The notes under the pieces: generated by a model
What the model saw: only the letters and a program-made list of their open reading frames with translations
Databases searched by the model: none
What the model was told of the DNA's origin: nothing
Shown here: in pieces, positions 48,901-58,938 of the stretch
Position numbering within the stretch: position 1 is the stretch's first letter
Layout: each line of letters starts with the position of its first letter
Assembly (NCBI GenBank): GCA_965116875.1
Contig: OZ220733.1
Coordinates: 576,001-640,000, forward strand
DNA: 64,000 nt
Source: Candidatus Latescibacterota bacterium
GTDB taxonomy: Bacteria > Latescibacterota > UBA2968 > GCA-2709665
Reading direction: 5' to 3'
Made by a program: the position numbers and the translations under genes

Positions 48901-50079
48901 GTTGTCGGATTCGCCCATCACCCACGTGTGGTGGCGCAATGAAGAGAATTGCCATTCAGCCGCCCAGATGCAGTGCTGCCACAGCGGGTGCGGGTAGTCC
49001 TTCTGGAAGTACCGGCCGAGGCAATAGAGCGCAATGGCGGCCCACTGGTGGTGCCGCGTTCCGACGCCTGCTGGCGGCGTGTTATAGGCTTCTCTGCCCA
49101 TGTCCAGGTTTCGTACGATCATGGCGGTCCGGCTCTGACCGTAGGGATCGTGCGAAAACTGCTTCGCAAACGCGTTGGTGATCCGCAGCCGCTGTTCGTT
49201 CGTGAAGACCGGGCTTTCCTCGATCAGGTCCCAGTAGAGAACCAGCATATGCGCCGTGTAATGGTACGGACCGCTGAGGGGCTCATCCTTGTTCTCGATC
49301 CGTTCACCGTCAATCTCGGCGATCTGGGCCTTCGCCGCGTCGTCCGGAAACGCCAGCCGGAGAAACTCCCGAGCATGGCGTTCCCGGCCGGTCATATAGT
49401 ACATTGCCATGTGTTTGCTGATGCTGTTCCACCCGAAATACCCCACGGACCGGTAACCCGCCGAAGCCTCCCAGGTTTCGAATTCCTGGAGTTCCTCCGG
49501 TACCTCCAGGCTCTTTCCGAGGCGGATTTCCATCATCCAGCCAACCGTCAGGCCTGCGCCATTGCCGGCGCCTTCGCCAACCTTGCGAACAAAGACGTCT
49601 GCCGCCTGACCCACCCCGGCGGCATCGCTCCCTCCGATGGCAATCACGTTTCGGCCGTCTCCGAAGGGACTGTGAAGCGAACGCACGACGTACCCGCCCG
49701 GACCGGGGTATTTCAGGTCCAGCAGCGTGTAATATCGATCATACAGCATGGAAATGGCGCGGTTCGTGGACCTGTTGCCCAGCACGATCAGATTCTTTGC
49801 AACCGGCGCCGACCCGGCAGGTGAATCGTCCCGCGCCACCGGGACCTCCACCCCGGTCCGTTCGAGAATGGTCCGCTGGATACGCTCCGCTTCGGCGTCG
49901 TAGATTCCGTCAGCGGGAACCACGATCGTGGCGAGCGCACGGCCGTTCTCCACCAGTACGGTGTTCAGGTGCAGATCCTTGAGGCTGTCATACACCGGCG
50001 GGATCGACGCGGGGTTCGCCTGAAGGAAGGGTGTCGAAGGTGAAAGGAGAAAGAGGAGAGCAATCACGCGCGGTATCAT
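45961..50079 (-). CDS. Large secreted protein: helical lyase/heparinase-like core, FG-GAP propeller, C-terminal FlgD-Ig sorting-like domain
   Basis: Signal peptide, DLDADG/DLDGDG repeats, C-terminal NFPNPFN..VFNLLGQ..WDGRD..SSGVY..KMVLLK. The catalytic assignment is tentative. Confidence 0.7.
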   Translation of the reverse strand: MIPRVIALLFLLSPSTPFLQANPASIPPVYDSLKDLHLNTVLVENGRALATIVVPADGIYDAEAERIQRTILERTGVEVPVARDDSPAGSAPVAKNLIVLGNRSTNRAISMLYDRYYTLLDLKYPGPGGYVVRSLHSPFGDGRNVIAIGGSDAAGVGQAADVFVRKVGEGAGNGAGLTVGWMMEIRLGKSLEVPEELQEFETWEASAGYRSVGYFGWNSISKHMAMYYMTGRERHAREFLRLAFPDDAAKAQIAEIDGERIENKDEPLSGPYHYTAHMLVLYWDLIEESPVFTNEQRLRITNAFAKQFSHDPYGQSRTAMIVRNLDMGREAYNTPPAGVGTRHHQWAAIALYCLGRYFQKDYPHPLWQHCIWAAEWQFSSLRHHTWVMGESDNLYWYSTGIAPILTYMLVSGDRAALENGVLKTLLRGQEMLISGREPDWALRYASIGYLHKAAYLTGDGRYLEYARRTGVSLDRFRLGQSFWPESGMAPVQPTDLVQGWSVLELPEPLWKRRASGLPLSDSFQFGSFRSAADATGDFILIDGLNGASRNPYHSFAVLELRLDGETVLQGYGNQVLTGADGLVEPRSPMDAALRYRDVVGRTAVAVAEVPNASFCNWRRALVQREGRYALFVDRLTFRVESANLEVRTEWTAPGRWGSVSAGGESHLKSGGTRFGIRASDPVEINLNGRTATLAWTGAVSSGEERAFFSLIAAAGADGAPVSCLRIGTRAAVLGLPAPAIAVDGAYGGIQGDVVLLAGDHLFGKDLKTAGLEGSLFSADGPVDLDWDFHSGSAVFTASEETRVRAAFAEPADVMLDGVPLPVLADSDSGVVFDVPEGRHVLTAAIPNPDLLSDTVDRLSGMLSQARMERRMDSMTPNTPPTPEGPPAPLFLRTRTGAAVTDMISFASEGETWIGVATERGVHLLTRDGGEGRFFRTDAPIRVMAWWDAFQLLLVGCRDEQVIAFDLEGRRRWTFVSEMHPAVFRAGKTYWFKSAPGHEGIHGLHTGIFRNGKSQAFVGSACTLEILNDRGELEERLPVFWGPGTRFALIESPRGGTDLLVARQPTDSHALSVVNSRSSQVTRGRFAGVPAGHTYIGGWASMSRKHIFYEDLDADGTREVISEINGTWNRVTVWNENGAALYNANFGPGNRIPAQNMRDLDIGDLDGDGKKEILAATSTGLVVALDARCDRVWTRRLHSPPTVLAFVRANDASWVVTGCEDGSIVVLDGSGEVRGLGKVSGKPTRILRIGDGAVIGSDTGEVTGWKIGGRFLNDAPAEPGEYALHPNFPNPFNSECQIAYQLPGPGDVSLVVFNLLGQRIRVLVKGERQAGYYQVTWDGRDDAGREVSSGVYCSRLEVDGGKFSAVRKMVLLK

Positions 50080-50323
50080 TTCCACGATCCTTTCTCGTGC
50101 CCGGAAACGCCGGCCGGCGCGCGGGCCGTAGATGGGGCGGGAAAGCACTGATATACGAAAATATACCGTGTTTGGCGTTGAATGTGAAGATGTAGCCGTT
50201 CAGAAGTCGCTTCCAAAAGTCGCACGAGTGCCGCGGTGCGGCAGGAACGTGGTCCCCCGGTGCCTTGCGGGGCCGGCTTCATTCGGCTATCTTTTGACAA
50301 GAACGCCCCTGGAAGGAGGGAAC

Positions 50324-51187
50324 ATGGAGTATCGTTTGTTCGGCAGGACGGGCATCCGGGTCAGCGAGGTCAGCCTGGGCGGCGCGTACATCGGAGGAGC
50401 GGATCCCGAACGCGAGCGGGAAAACGCGGCCGAAATCGTCCGTCGTGCGGTCGAACTGGGAATCAACTACATCGACACCGCGCCCCTTTACGGCAGGAGC
50501 GAAGCGCTGTTCGGCTATGCACTCGAAGCCGCGAAAGCGCGCATGCACGTCGCCACAAAAGTCGGATTCGACCCCAAAGACTTCGACTATCGGCGCGACA
50601 GCGTATTGCGAAGCCTCGAACGAAGCCTGAAGCGGCTACGCATTCCGAAACTGTTCTCGGCGCAGATCCATCAGGTGAGCGAAGCCGGCTGGGAACGCAT
50701 CAGGGAACGGGGCGGGACCCTGGAGGGCCTGCGGGAGGCGCAGAAGCGCGGCCTGTGCGACCATATCGGCATTACGGACAGGGCCATCCCCCTGCTGGCC
50801 AGACTCGCCGCTACGGGTGAGTTCGACTCCCTGCTCGTCTTTCACGATTACCACCCCTGCTCGCGGAAGGCCGCCGAAGCGGTCATACCGGCGGCAGCCG
50901 CAAGCGGGATGGGCATTGTGGTTGCCACAGTGCTCGCCGGAGGGCTGTTCTCCGACGAACCACGGCGAAAGGCCGCCCTTGAAAGCCTGCAGGATCCCGG
51001 CGAGCGCGCCAACGCGGAGGCGATTATCGGACGCCTTCGGGATGAACCGGGGACCGTGCCAGGGAATGCGTTCCGGTACGTCCTTGCCGACGCGAGGGTC
51101 AGCACGGTTTCGAGCGGCGCGGCCAACGCGGCCGAATTGGACGACGTGGCGCGCGCTTCGGAGATGGGTCCGCTTCGATGGCGTTGA
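50324..51187 (+). CDS. Aldo/keto reductase
   Basis: GRTGIRVSEVSLG, GINYIDTAPLYG, ATKVG and SLERSLKRL. Confidence 0.92.
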   Translation: MEYRLFGRTGIRVSEVSLGGAYIGGADPERERENAAEIVRRAVELGINYIDTAPLYGRSEALFGYALEAAKARMHVATKVGFDPKDFDYRRDSVLRSLERSLKRLRIPKLFSAQIHQVSEAGWERIRERGGTLEGLREAQKRGLCDHIGITDRAIPLLARLAATGEFDSLLVFHDYHPCSRKAAEAVIPAAAASGMGIVVATVLAGGLFSDEPRRKAALESLQDPGERANAEAIIGRLRDEPGTVPGNAFRYVLADARVSTVSSGAANAAELDDVARASEMGPLRWR

Positions 51188-51400
51188 GCCGGCCCGATCC
51201 TTTGGGCGTGTGGCGCCCGGAGAACTTTCAGGGAACCGTCACCCGCAGCATCGTGTCTTTCATGGGTACGGGATCAACCGTCCCGCTCATGGCGCCATAT
51301 TGCGAAGGTTGGCGCCCGGAGTCCCCGGGTCGACGGGCGAAGCCTCGCGGAAACTCCGGCGCTCGTGTACCGCAGCCGTTCCCGTACGGAGGGTCGCAAG

Positions 51401-53863
51401 ATGCGTTTTGTTCTGGCTTTCGCGATTGCATGTGTCGTGGGTACGGCCGGCGTTGCCCGTGCCGCAACGACCGATTCCATCCGGATGTCGGTTGACGGGC
51501 TTTACCGCGAGGGCATGCGGCTGTACGAAGCCGGAGACCCGGACGCCGCGTTGCGGAAATTCAGAGAAGCACTGGGAATCAACAGGAAGCATGCGCCTTC
51601 CCTGGTCGGCATCGGCCACGTGTATCTGAAGCGTGGCAACCTGGATAAGGCGGAGGACGCGTTTATGGATGCCCGCCGCCGGAAGAGGAAATACGGACCC
51701 GCTCACAATGGGCTGGGGATGGTTTACATGCGCAAAGAAATGGGGTTGCAGTGGGCAATCCGGTACTTCCAGGACGCGATCTCGGTGGATCGATCCTATG
51801 CCGAGGCGTACTACAATCTGGCGGGGGCGTATCGGGCGATTGGCGACACCAAAGAGTTGATGGCCTACAGACGACTTTCAAAAATCGTACCGACGCACTC
51901 GGATGTCTGGTTTCGCATCGGTCGCATCTACAAGAATGGCGAGGCGGGCGAGTACGTCCAGAGAGAAAAGGCGGAAGCGGCCTTCCGGAGGCAACTCGAG
52001 GTCAACCCGGATCACGCGGAAGCGCGGCTGGCTCTGGGCGAGGTATTGACCGAACTGGAAAGGGCCGATGAGGCCGCGCCGGTTCTCACGCCGCTTGCGG
52101 AATCCGGAAATCCCCTGCAGCAGCGGTCGCTCGTGGCGTTGGCCGAAGCCTGGCTGAAGCAGCGCGAATTCGACCGCGCAGACGTCCTGTTCGACCGGTA
52201 TCTCGAGGGCCTGGGAGCGGACACGCAGACCGTATATTACGACCTGCGCAACGTGGCGGAGGAGGAGCGGGAGAAGTTCGACGCGGCGCCCCCGGCGGAA
52301 TGGAAGGCGCTTGCCGAGGAATATTGGGCGGCGCGGGACCCTGCCCCCGCAACGGCCGCGAACGAGCGAAAGCTGGAGCACTACCGCCGCGTGGCCTACT
52401 CGCTGGAGCATTTCGGAAAGGACCGGTTCCCCTGGGACGTGCGCGGCGACGTCTACGTCCGCTACGGCCGTCCCGCCCACGTGAGCAGTTCCGAAGACAT
52501 CCGTTTCGAAACCGACCCGAAGGCAATCAGGATCAAGGAACGGATCGCACTTCATGCCGGCGACGCGTTATCCCATATGCTCAGGGTGCGCAACAGCGAA
52601 ACGACTTCCCGCGGAGGAAGGGTTGGCGACCTGGGCGAGGCGAGTGTTCTGGGGCCGGTCAGCGAGAATCTGCGTGAGATGGAGGAGGCGGGCGTCACGC
52701 GAAACGCGACCGGCGGATACCAGGCGATTCCGTTGAGCGACGGCTCGGGGGACCTCTCCGGTAAATTGCGGATGACGTCCAGCATCCTGGGCTGGCCCGT
52801 TTATCCGGTGTCCGGCAAGGTGTGGGAATACTGGATTTATACGGACGTTGGGCCCGGGATGGAGATTACCTTCACCCGCACGCTGGGACAGACGTCGTTC
52901 AAATTCGCCGATATGCCCAGCGGGAAGGGCGGGCACTCCCGCCACCTCTATACGTGGCAGCGCATGAATCCCGGGTTGAAACTGGACCACGTGGGTCGCC
53001 GCGTGCCCACACTCTACAGGTCCACGTTCGCCACGGGTCCGTTGGCGTATTTCTTCGACTCGGCGGGCTTCAAGGGGGCGCAGGACGCTTCGAATCTCGA
53101 AGTGTACTTTGGAATTCCGCTCTGGGAGCTGTCTTTTACACCGGGCCCGGAAGGAAAGCCGACAGCTCGACTGAAAAACGGCGTGGCGCTCTACAACGAT
53201 GCGAACGAGCGTGTGCTGCGCAGAGACGGAGATCTCGAACTGTTTTCCGACGTCGCGGCAGATACCGCTCGCAGGGCGTACGTTCCGGAGATGTTTCGGG
53301 TTTCGGCGCCGCCTGGCAGATACCGGATGTCCGTGCAGGTTATCGATACCGGCACAGGCAGATCCCAGGTGTACGAGCAGCAGGTCATGTTGCCGTCATT
53401 TGCCCGCGGTTATCTGCGTCTGAGCGGCATCCAGATGGCCGCGTCCATCCAGCCCGCAAAGGACGATCGGTTCCGAAAGGGAGACATCCAGGTCGTACCC
53501 AATCCCACGCGGACGTATGAACGCGGGCAATCCGTCTTCATCTACTACGAAGTCTATCATCTGAAGCGGGACGAGTTCGGAGCCACGCGTTACCGGGTGG
53601 CTTACGAAATGCGGTCGGCGCTGAGCGGATCGGTTGGCGCGCGCATTCGAAGCGGAATCGGCAGGCTGCTGGATATCCGGCAACACGACCAGGCGTCGAT
53701 TTCAATCGAATACGCCCATATCGGAAACCGTGAAGACGACCAGGGATACGTGGAGCTGGACATGGCCGCCTCCGATCCGGGCGAAAAATTCCTGCGGGTG
53801 ACCGTAACGGACCAGGTGTCGGGACAGACGACAACAGGAACCACGAGACTGACGATCAGGTAG
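51401..53863 (+). CDS. TPR + GWxTD-like domain secreted protein, paralog 2
   Basis: Signal peptide, TPRs, YWAARDP..NERKLEHYRRVAYS..DVRGDVYVRYGRP, YYEVYHL. Confidence 0.8.
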   Translation: MRFVLAFAIACVVGTAGVARAATTDSIRMSVDGLYREGMRLYEAGDPDAALRKFREALGINRKHAPSLVGIGHVYLKRGNLDKAEDAFMDARRRKRKYGPAHNGLGMVYMRKEMGLQWAIRYFQDAISVDRSYAEAYYNLAGAYRAIGDTKELMAYRRLSKIVPTHSDVWFRIGRIYKNGEAGEYVQREKAEAAFRRQLEVNPDHAEARLALGEVLTELERADEAAPVLTPLAESGNPLQQRSLVALAEAWLKQREFDRADVLFDRYLEGLGADTQTVYYDLRNVAEEEREKFDAAPPAEWKALAEEYWAARDPAPATAANERKLEHYRRVAYSLEHFGKDRFPWDVRGDVYVRYGRPAHVSSSEDIRFETDPKAIRIKERIALHAGDALSHMLRVRNSETTSRGGRVGDLGEASVLGPVSENLREMEEAGVTRNATGGYQAIPLSDGSGDLSGKLRMTSSILGWPVYPVSGKVWEYWIYTDVGPGMEITFTRTLGQTSFKFADMPSGKGGHSRHLYTWQRMNPGLKLDHVGRRVPTLYRSTFATGPLAYFFDSAGFKGAQDASNLEVYFGIPLWELSFTPGPEGKPTARLKNGVALYNDANERVLRRDGDLELFSDVAADTARRAYVPEMFRVSAPPGRYRMSVQVIDTGTGRSQVYEQQVMLPSFARGYLRLSGIQMAASIQPAKDDRFRKGDIQVVPNPTRTYERGQSVFIYYEVYHLKRDEFGATRYRVAYEMRSALSGSVGARIRSGIGRLLDIRQHDQASISIEYAHIGNREDDQGYVELDMAASDPGEKFLRVTVTDQVSGQTTTGTTRLTIR

Positions 53864-53958
53864 GATGGTCCTCACTCCTGAGATCCGGGAGCAGGACGGG
53901 AGCAGCCGATGACATCGAATGAGACGGAACATCGAAATGGCGTGCCGCGGAGCGATCC

Positions 53959-56244
53959 ATGAACTTCAACCTGCCATTCCGGATGGCTCTGGCCGTTCTT
54001 CTGTCCGCGTGTTCTGAGGAAAAGGCCGCGGTCAGGGTCTCCGGTGCGGTGACGCGTCCGGGTACATACACACACAAACCGGAATGGACCGTGGCCGACT
54101 ACGTAGCGGCCGGCGGCGGATATACGGCGGAGGCGGTCGTGTCGGAGGGAAGGCTGATCCGGGTACAGCGGGACAGCGTGACCGGCGAGGAGACGAACCG
54201 CTCGTGGTGGCCTCTGATATCTTCGCCCGCGGTCTTCGCGGGGGACGTCATATTCGTCCCGTTTCGGACGTACGCGGTGCGGATGGATACGGTACGGCCT
54301 GTAGAAAACCTGACCGTTCAGTGGAAAGGCAGGGAGTATCGGGTTCCGCAAGCGTGGCTCGCCGAAGGCCGGACCGACTCGGGCGTGATGGTTGCTTCCG
54401 TGATCGGCGCCGGCACGGTCGTCGAGAGCGAAAAAGGCGAAGCGCTGGGCAGATTTCAATATCTCTACCTGCACGTACACCCCGATGTCTACGACGAACT
54501 GGACCTTCGTGCCGGAAGCCCGGCGGCGAACGACATGATCCTGGAAGATGCCGTGGGTGTCCATCAAAGCATCTTTCCCAGACTCCGCCACCGGTCCGGT
54601 GAACGGGCCGAGATGCCACCCGATGGATATCTACGGGTACTTGCGGGCGTGTGGCCGAAACCCGGGAGCAGGACGAATCCCGGTTCGGGCATGCGCCGGC
54701 GGAAATACAGGGACGGACGGGAGTGGACGACGTTTCCGGACGGCAGGCAGCGAACGGTTTTCCCGGACGGCCGTGTGGAAGTGGAACTGCCGGACGGGTC
54801 GCGAGAAAACCGCTATCCCGACGGCAGGATCGAAATGACGGATGCGAGGGGCAACGTGCGTTTGACGCATCCGGATGGAAGAATCGCCGTCACGTTTGCG
54901 GACGGCAACCGTGAAGAACGCTTTGCAGACGGGCGAATCGTCCAGCAGTTCAAGACAGGAACAAGCCGGACGATTTTTCCTGACGGCAGCGAGAGGACGC
55001 GATTCAAGGACGGCACCCTCCGTGTCAGGCGCAGAAATGGCACCGTGGAAATGACCTTTCCCGAGGGAATGACCGAAACCCGTCACGCGGACGGCCGAAT
55101 CGTTGCTGTAACCGGTGAGGGTCACCGGGTCACCGTGTTCCCGAACGGACGTAGGCTTACCCGGGCAACTGACGGTACGGTACTCGAGGAATTCGCCGAC
55201 GGGCGGAGGATGCAGCGCGGACCGGACGGCGAGCGCGTGGAGGTATTCATCGACGGGACCAGGCGAACGTCATTCAAGGACGGCTCCTCGGTTATTGAGA
55301 AACCTGACGGCGTCCGCGTCGAGCGACACGCGGATGGGTTGACCGTCGAGATGTTCCCCGACGGGCGTGAGGTACAGACGGGCGCGGATGGCATCCGCCT
55401 CGAGGTGTTTCCCGACGGACGGAAGGTGCAGATCGACGCCCATGGCAACCGGCTGGAGACGTTTCCGGACGGCCGGCGTTTTCAGAGCGACGCAGAAGGC
55501 AACCACATTGAGGAGTTTCCCGACGGGACGCGGATCAAGACCTTTGTGAATGCCTACAGGTACTGGGGACAGTTGAGAGATGATCTCGCGGAGGTTGACG
55601 AATTTCCGGACCGACTGCCGCCGGGGAGTCGCCTTCGGGTGGCGGGCGCCATAAGTCCCGACCTCGACGACCTTCAGGCGGCGGTTTTCCGGCTGCCCGA
55701 TGGCAATGTGTCCGACTTTCCCGTGGAGCGGCAGGACGGAAGGTTTTCCTTTGTATTCCCCGAAAGTGTCCTGGCGACATCAGGAAACTACCGCGTACAG
55801 GTCCTGGCGCAACTCACCGAAGGGTTCACCGTGTTGGCGGACCGGCCCGTGGTCGTTGGAAACCCGTCGCCGCCCGGGAATCTGGTGCTCGCGGTCATGC
55901 CGTATCGAGGCGCGGACGAAGCCCGAAGCCGGCTCTCGGGGATGATCCACGCGGCGCGCAGCCGTCTGGGGCTACCGCCCCTCGAGGTGAATCCTCGGCT
56001 GATGGATGCAGCCACGGCGAGACTGTGGGACGTCCTGTCGTCCGGCGGCCCGGCGACCGAACCGATGGCCTGGGGCGCGGAGAGTACAACCCGGGGTCCT
56101 TCCGTTGAGGAGGTATTTACCTATATGATGCACAGCGCGCCCCAGAGGCGGAGCATTCTGAGCCCCGAATGGAAGCACATGGGGCTGGCCGTGGATCAGG
56201 ACGGGGGGGATATCGTGGCGGTGGTGATTCTCGATCACGCATAG
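53959..56244 (+). CDS. Lipoprotein with SLBB domain, 31 x 9-aa (P)DG beta-repeats (Tcp10/CENPJ C-terminal-like) and degenerate CAP domain
   Basis: Lipobox LSAC, VSGAVTRPGTY..AGGGY..GDVIFVP, the repeat tract, and GLPPL..NPRLMDAA..MHS...RSILSPEWKHMGLAV. Confidence 0.75.
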   Translation: MNFNLPFRMALAVLLSACSEEKAAVRVSGAVTRPGTYTHKPEWTVADYVAAGGGYTAEAVVSEGRLIRVQRDSVTGEETNRSWWPLISSPAVFAGDVIFVPFRTYAVRMDTVRPVENLTVQWKGREYRVPQAWLAEGRTDSGVMVASVIGAGTVVESEKGEALGRFQYLYLHVHPDVYDELDLRAGSPAANDMILEDAVGVHQSIFPRLRHRSGERAEMPPDGYLRVLAGVWPKPGSRTNPGSGMRRRKYRDGREWTTFPDGRQRTVFPDGRVEVELPDGSRENRYPDGRIEMTDARGNVRLTHPDGRIAVTFADGNREERFADGRIVQQFKTGTSRTIFPDGSERTRFKDGTLRVRRRNGTVEMTFPEGMTETRHADGRIVAVTGEGHRVTVFPNGRRLTRATDGTVLEEFADGRRMQRGPDGERVEVFIDGTRRTSFKDGSSVIEKPDGVRVERHADGLTVEMFPDGREVQTGADGIRLEVFPDGRKVQIDAHGNRLETFPDGRRFQSDAEGNHIEEFPDGTRIKTFVNAYRYWGQLRDDLAEVDEFPDRLPPGSRLRVAGAISPDLDDLQAAVFRLPDGNVSDFPVERQDGRFSFVFPESVLATSGNYRVQVLAQLTEGFTVLADRPVVVGNPSPPGNLVLAVMPYRGADEARSRLSGMIHAARSRLGLPPLEVNPRLMDAATARLWDVLSSGGPATEPMAWGAESTTRGPSVEEVFTYMMHSAPQRRSILSPEWKHMGLAVDQDGGDIVAVVILDHA
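54691..55527 (+). repeat. 31 tandem 27-bp (9-aa) coding repeats, each ending in Gly
   Basis: Counted by eye from MRRRKYRDG to NHIEEFPDG with no register shift (837 bp). Confidence 0.9.
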
Positions 56245-56260
56245 CGAACTCGTTACGGAT

Positions 56261-56300
56261 ACGGAAAGGGCCGCCCTGAATTCGGCGGCCCTTTCCGTTT
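56261..56300. terminator. Terminator hairpin between convergent genes
   Basis: CGGAAAGGGCCGCC-ctgaattc-GGCGGCCCTTTCCG followed by TTT. Confidence 0.8.
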
Positions 56301-56372
56301 GCAGTGACGCGGGACGACGACTCAACGGAAAAACAAGCGCCTGTACCCGCACGTTCATCCGGTAAGGCCCTG

Positions 56373-57455
56373 CTATTTCCGCCCGTATTGCAGGATGAAA
56401 TCTTCCACCATTTCACGGGCCTCATCGTCGCTGAACTGCTCGGGCGGCGTCTTCATAAAGTAGGAGGAAGGACCCAGCAACGGTCCCTTCAGGCCGCGTT
56501 CCAGACCCAGTTTGCAGCAACGAACAGCGTCGATGACCACGCCCGCGGAGTTGGGCGAGTCCCAGACTTCCAGCTTCAGCTCCAGGTTGAGCGGCACGCC
56601 GCCAAAGGTCTCACCCTCCATCCGGATGTGACACCACTTCCGGTCTTCCAGCCACGGCACATGATCGCTGGGGCCGACGTGTACGTTCGCCTCGCCCAGA
56701 TCGTAGTCAAGCTGGGAAGTCACGGCATTGGTCTTGCTGATCTTCTTGGATTCCAGCCTCGAACGTTCCAGCATGTTGTAGAAGTCGGTATTTCCGCCAA
56801 AGTTCAGCTGGTACGTGCGGGTAAGCTTGACGCCTCGCTCACGGAAGAGCCGGGTGAGAACCCGGTGGGCGATGGTTGCGCCAACCTGCGATTTGATATC
56901 GTCCCCAATGATGGGCAGGCCGCGCTTTTCAAATCGCTCGGGCCAGTGTCCCGCGCTCGCAATAAAGACGGGCACACAGTTGACAAAACCGCAGCCGGCT
57001 TGAAGAACCTGCTCCACGTACCACTTCGTGGCCTCTTCGCTGCCAACGGGCAGATAGTTGACAACCACATCGGTTCCCGTGGCCTTGAGAACCTCCGCAA
57101 CGTCTACAGTACTCCCGTCGGCCTTCGTTATGACTTCGCTGAGATATCGACCCAGTCCGTCGTGGGTCATACCGCGCTGAACGGGCACGTCGAGGTGAGG
57201 CACATCCGCGAACTTGACGGTATTATTCGGTTCGGTGAAGATCGCCTCGCCGAGGTCTTTGCCAACCTTGTTCGAGTCTATGTCGAACGCCGCCGAGAAC
57301 TCGACGTCGCGGATGTGATAGCCGCCCAGTTCGGGATGCATCAGCCCGGGAATGAAGCTGTCTGCGGGAGCATCCCTGTAATATTGGACACCCTGAACGA
57401 GAGAAGACGCGCAGTTGCCCACGCCGACGATGGCAACCCTGACTTTTCTGGCCAT
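56373..57455 (-). CDS. ino1: Inositol-3-phosphate synthase
   Basis: [36 protein letters not shown] and WDSPNSAG. Confidence 0.95.
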   Translation of the reverse strand: MARKVRVAIVGVGNCASSLVQGVQYYRDAPADSFIPGLMHPELGGYHIRDVEFSAAFDIDSNKVGKDLGEAIFTEPNNTVKFADVPHLDVPVQRGMTHDGLGRYLSEVITKADGSTVDVAEVLKATGTDVVVNYLPVGSEEATKWYVEQVLQAGCGFVNCVPVFIASAGHWPERFEKRGLPIIGDDIKSQVGATIAHRVLTRLFRERGVKLTRTYQLNFGGNTDFYNMLERSRLESKKISKTNAVTSQLDYDLGEANVHVGPSDHVPWLEDRKWCHIRMEGETFGGVPLNLELKLEVWDSPNSAGVVIDAVRCCKLGLERGLKGPLLGPSSYFMKTPPEQFSDDEAREMVEDFILQYGRK

Positions 57456-57478
57456 TTATTGACTCCTTTCATGTATAG

Positions 57479-57605
57479 CAGCCCGTTGAAAAAGTCCATC
57501 CGGGCTACGGCCGGCCCTTGCGGTCGAAAACCTGCGTTGCGCTCCCTCGCCGAATCGCAGGATGGGACTCGGCCTCGCCTGAAGAGCGACTTTATCAACG
57601 GACTG
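57479..57605. mobile_element. MITE family A (127 bp), copy 2
   Basis: Reverse-complement near-identical to 30864..30990. TIR CAGCCCGTTGAAAAAGT. Confidence 0.85.
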
Positions 57606-57690
57606 ATAACCATTTGCCGATCCACACACAGACGGGTTACAAGATAGGTATATTTATATATTTGACAAATGAATAATTACTATATTATTT

Positions 57691-57705
57691 ATAGATTTTC
57701 TCTAT
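57691..57705. promoter_or_regulatory. Putative LysR recognition site in the AT-rich divergent promoter
   Basis: ATAG-N7-CTAT (contains T-N11-A). Confidence 0.5.
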
Positions 57706-57823
57706 GGATAAACGGTTTTTTCGGGCGTGGCACAATCCGGGCGCCCACCGGCGTTACAACCACCTCTTCCGACTCACCTCTACCCTCTCGCGGCCTCTCG
57801 AAAAAGCACAACAGGAGGTGTAA

Positions 57824-58747
57824 ATGAACCTGCAACACCTGAAATATTTCCTGGCGGTGGCGCGGGAGCGAAGTTTCAGCCGTGCGGCCCGGGAACTCCA
57901 CGTGACGCAGCCTACCGTCAGCAGTGGCGTGGCCGACCTGGAACGCGCGCTGGGCGTGCGGCTGTTCAACCGGGGCAATCGTCACGTGGGCCTGACAATG
58001 GAGGGAAGGACGCTCGCGAATTACGGAATGCAGATCCAGGACCTGGTGGAGTCGACCGAAGACCGGCTGAGACGGAGGGACGTTTTACCGGGCGAAGGAT
58101 TTCAGTTCGGCGCGATCGACGCCGCCGTTACCTATCTGTTACCGGACATCCTGAAAGCATACATGCGGGATTTCCCGAACGTGGCGCTTTCGGTACAGGT
58201 GGCGCCCTCTCGATACCTCGTGGACGATCTGCTGCTGAACCGCTCCGAATTCGCGGTGATTTCGCTTCCGTTCGCCCATCCGAAACTGGAAACGGTTTCC
58301 ATACATCGAGACTCCATGCCCCTGGTAACAGGCGCGTCGCATCCGTTTGCCCGGCGCTCGTCGGTGACGCTGGAAGAGGTCGCTGCTGAGCCGTTGATTC
58401 TGTTTCACGCCGATTCCGTGTCTAGAAAAATCGTGGACGAACGGTTTGCCGAGGCCGGAGTGTCCCCGGGCGTGGTCATGGAAATGCGGAGTCCGGAGGC
58501 CATGCGGAAGCTGGTCGAGGTGGGCGTGGGCATTTCTTTCCTGCCGCATCTGACCGTTCTGGATTCGCTGACGTCGGGAGCGCTGGTGACCGTTACCGTT
58601 CAGGGCGTGCGGTTTGGCCGTGAGATTGGCGTGGCCTGGCGACATGGGCGATATTTCGGACCCGCGATCCGGCGTCTGCTTGACGCCGTTTTTGAACGGT
58701 TCGGGATACCAGCGGACGGAATGCACGTGGATCCACAGGATACTTAG
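57824..58747 (+). CDS. LysR family transcriptional regulator
   Basis: SFSRAARELHVTQPTVS..LE..LGVRLFNR HTH plus substrate-binding domain. Confidence 0.95.
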   Translation: MNLQHLKYFLAVARERSFSRAARELHVTQPTVSSGVADLERALGVRLFNRGNRHVGLTMEGRTLANYGMQIQDLVESTEDRLRRRDVLPGEGFQFGAIDAAVTYLLPDILKAYMRDFPNVALSVQVAPSRYLVDDLLLNRSEFAVISLPFAHPKLETVSIHRDSMPLVTGASHPFARRSSVTLEEVAAEPLILFHADSVSRKIVDERFAEAGVSPGVVMEMRSPEAMRKLVEVGVGISFLPHLTVLDSLTSGALVTVTVQGVRFGREIGVAWRHGRYFGPAIRRLLDAVFERFGIPADGMHVDPQDT

Positions 58748-58938
58748 CCCCAATTCGAAAAAAACTGCAACCGGGCGTCGCGATAAAACCCTCCGAAACG
58801 GGGCGAAATCGTCGTCCAGACGGACATCTGTTCCATTCACGTCCAGTGACCTGGTTTATCCTGATAATCCGCAGTTTAATCGCCTTTATCAACTTGCACA
58901 TATACGAATTAACGTCCACGAAAACATACGAATCCTGG

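Noticed and set aside
54691-55527. 27-bp periodicity as a CRISPR array
   Set aside because: It is in-frame coding sequence, degenerate at DNA level, with no spacer/repeat alternation and no cas genes.
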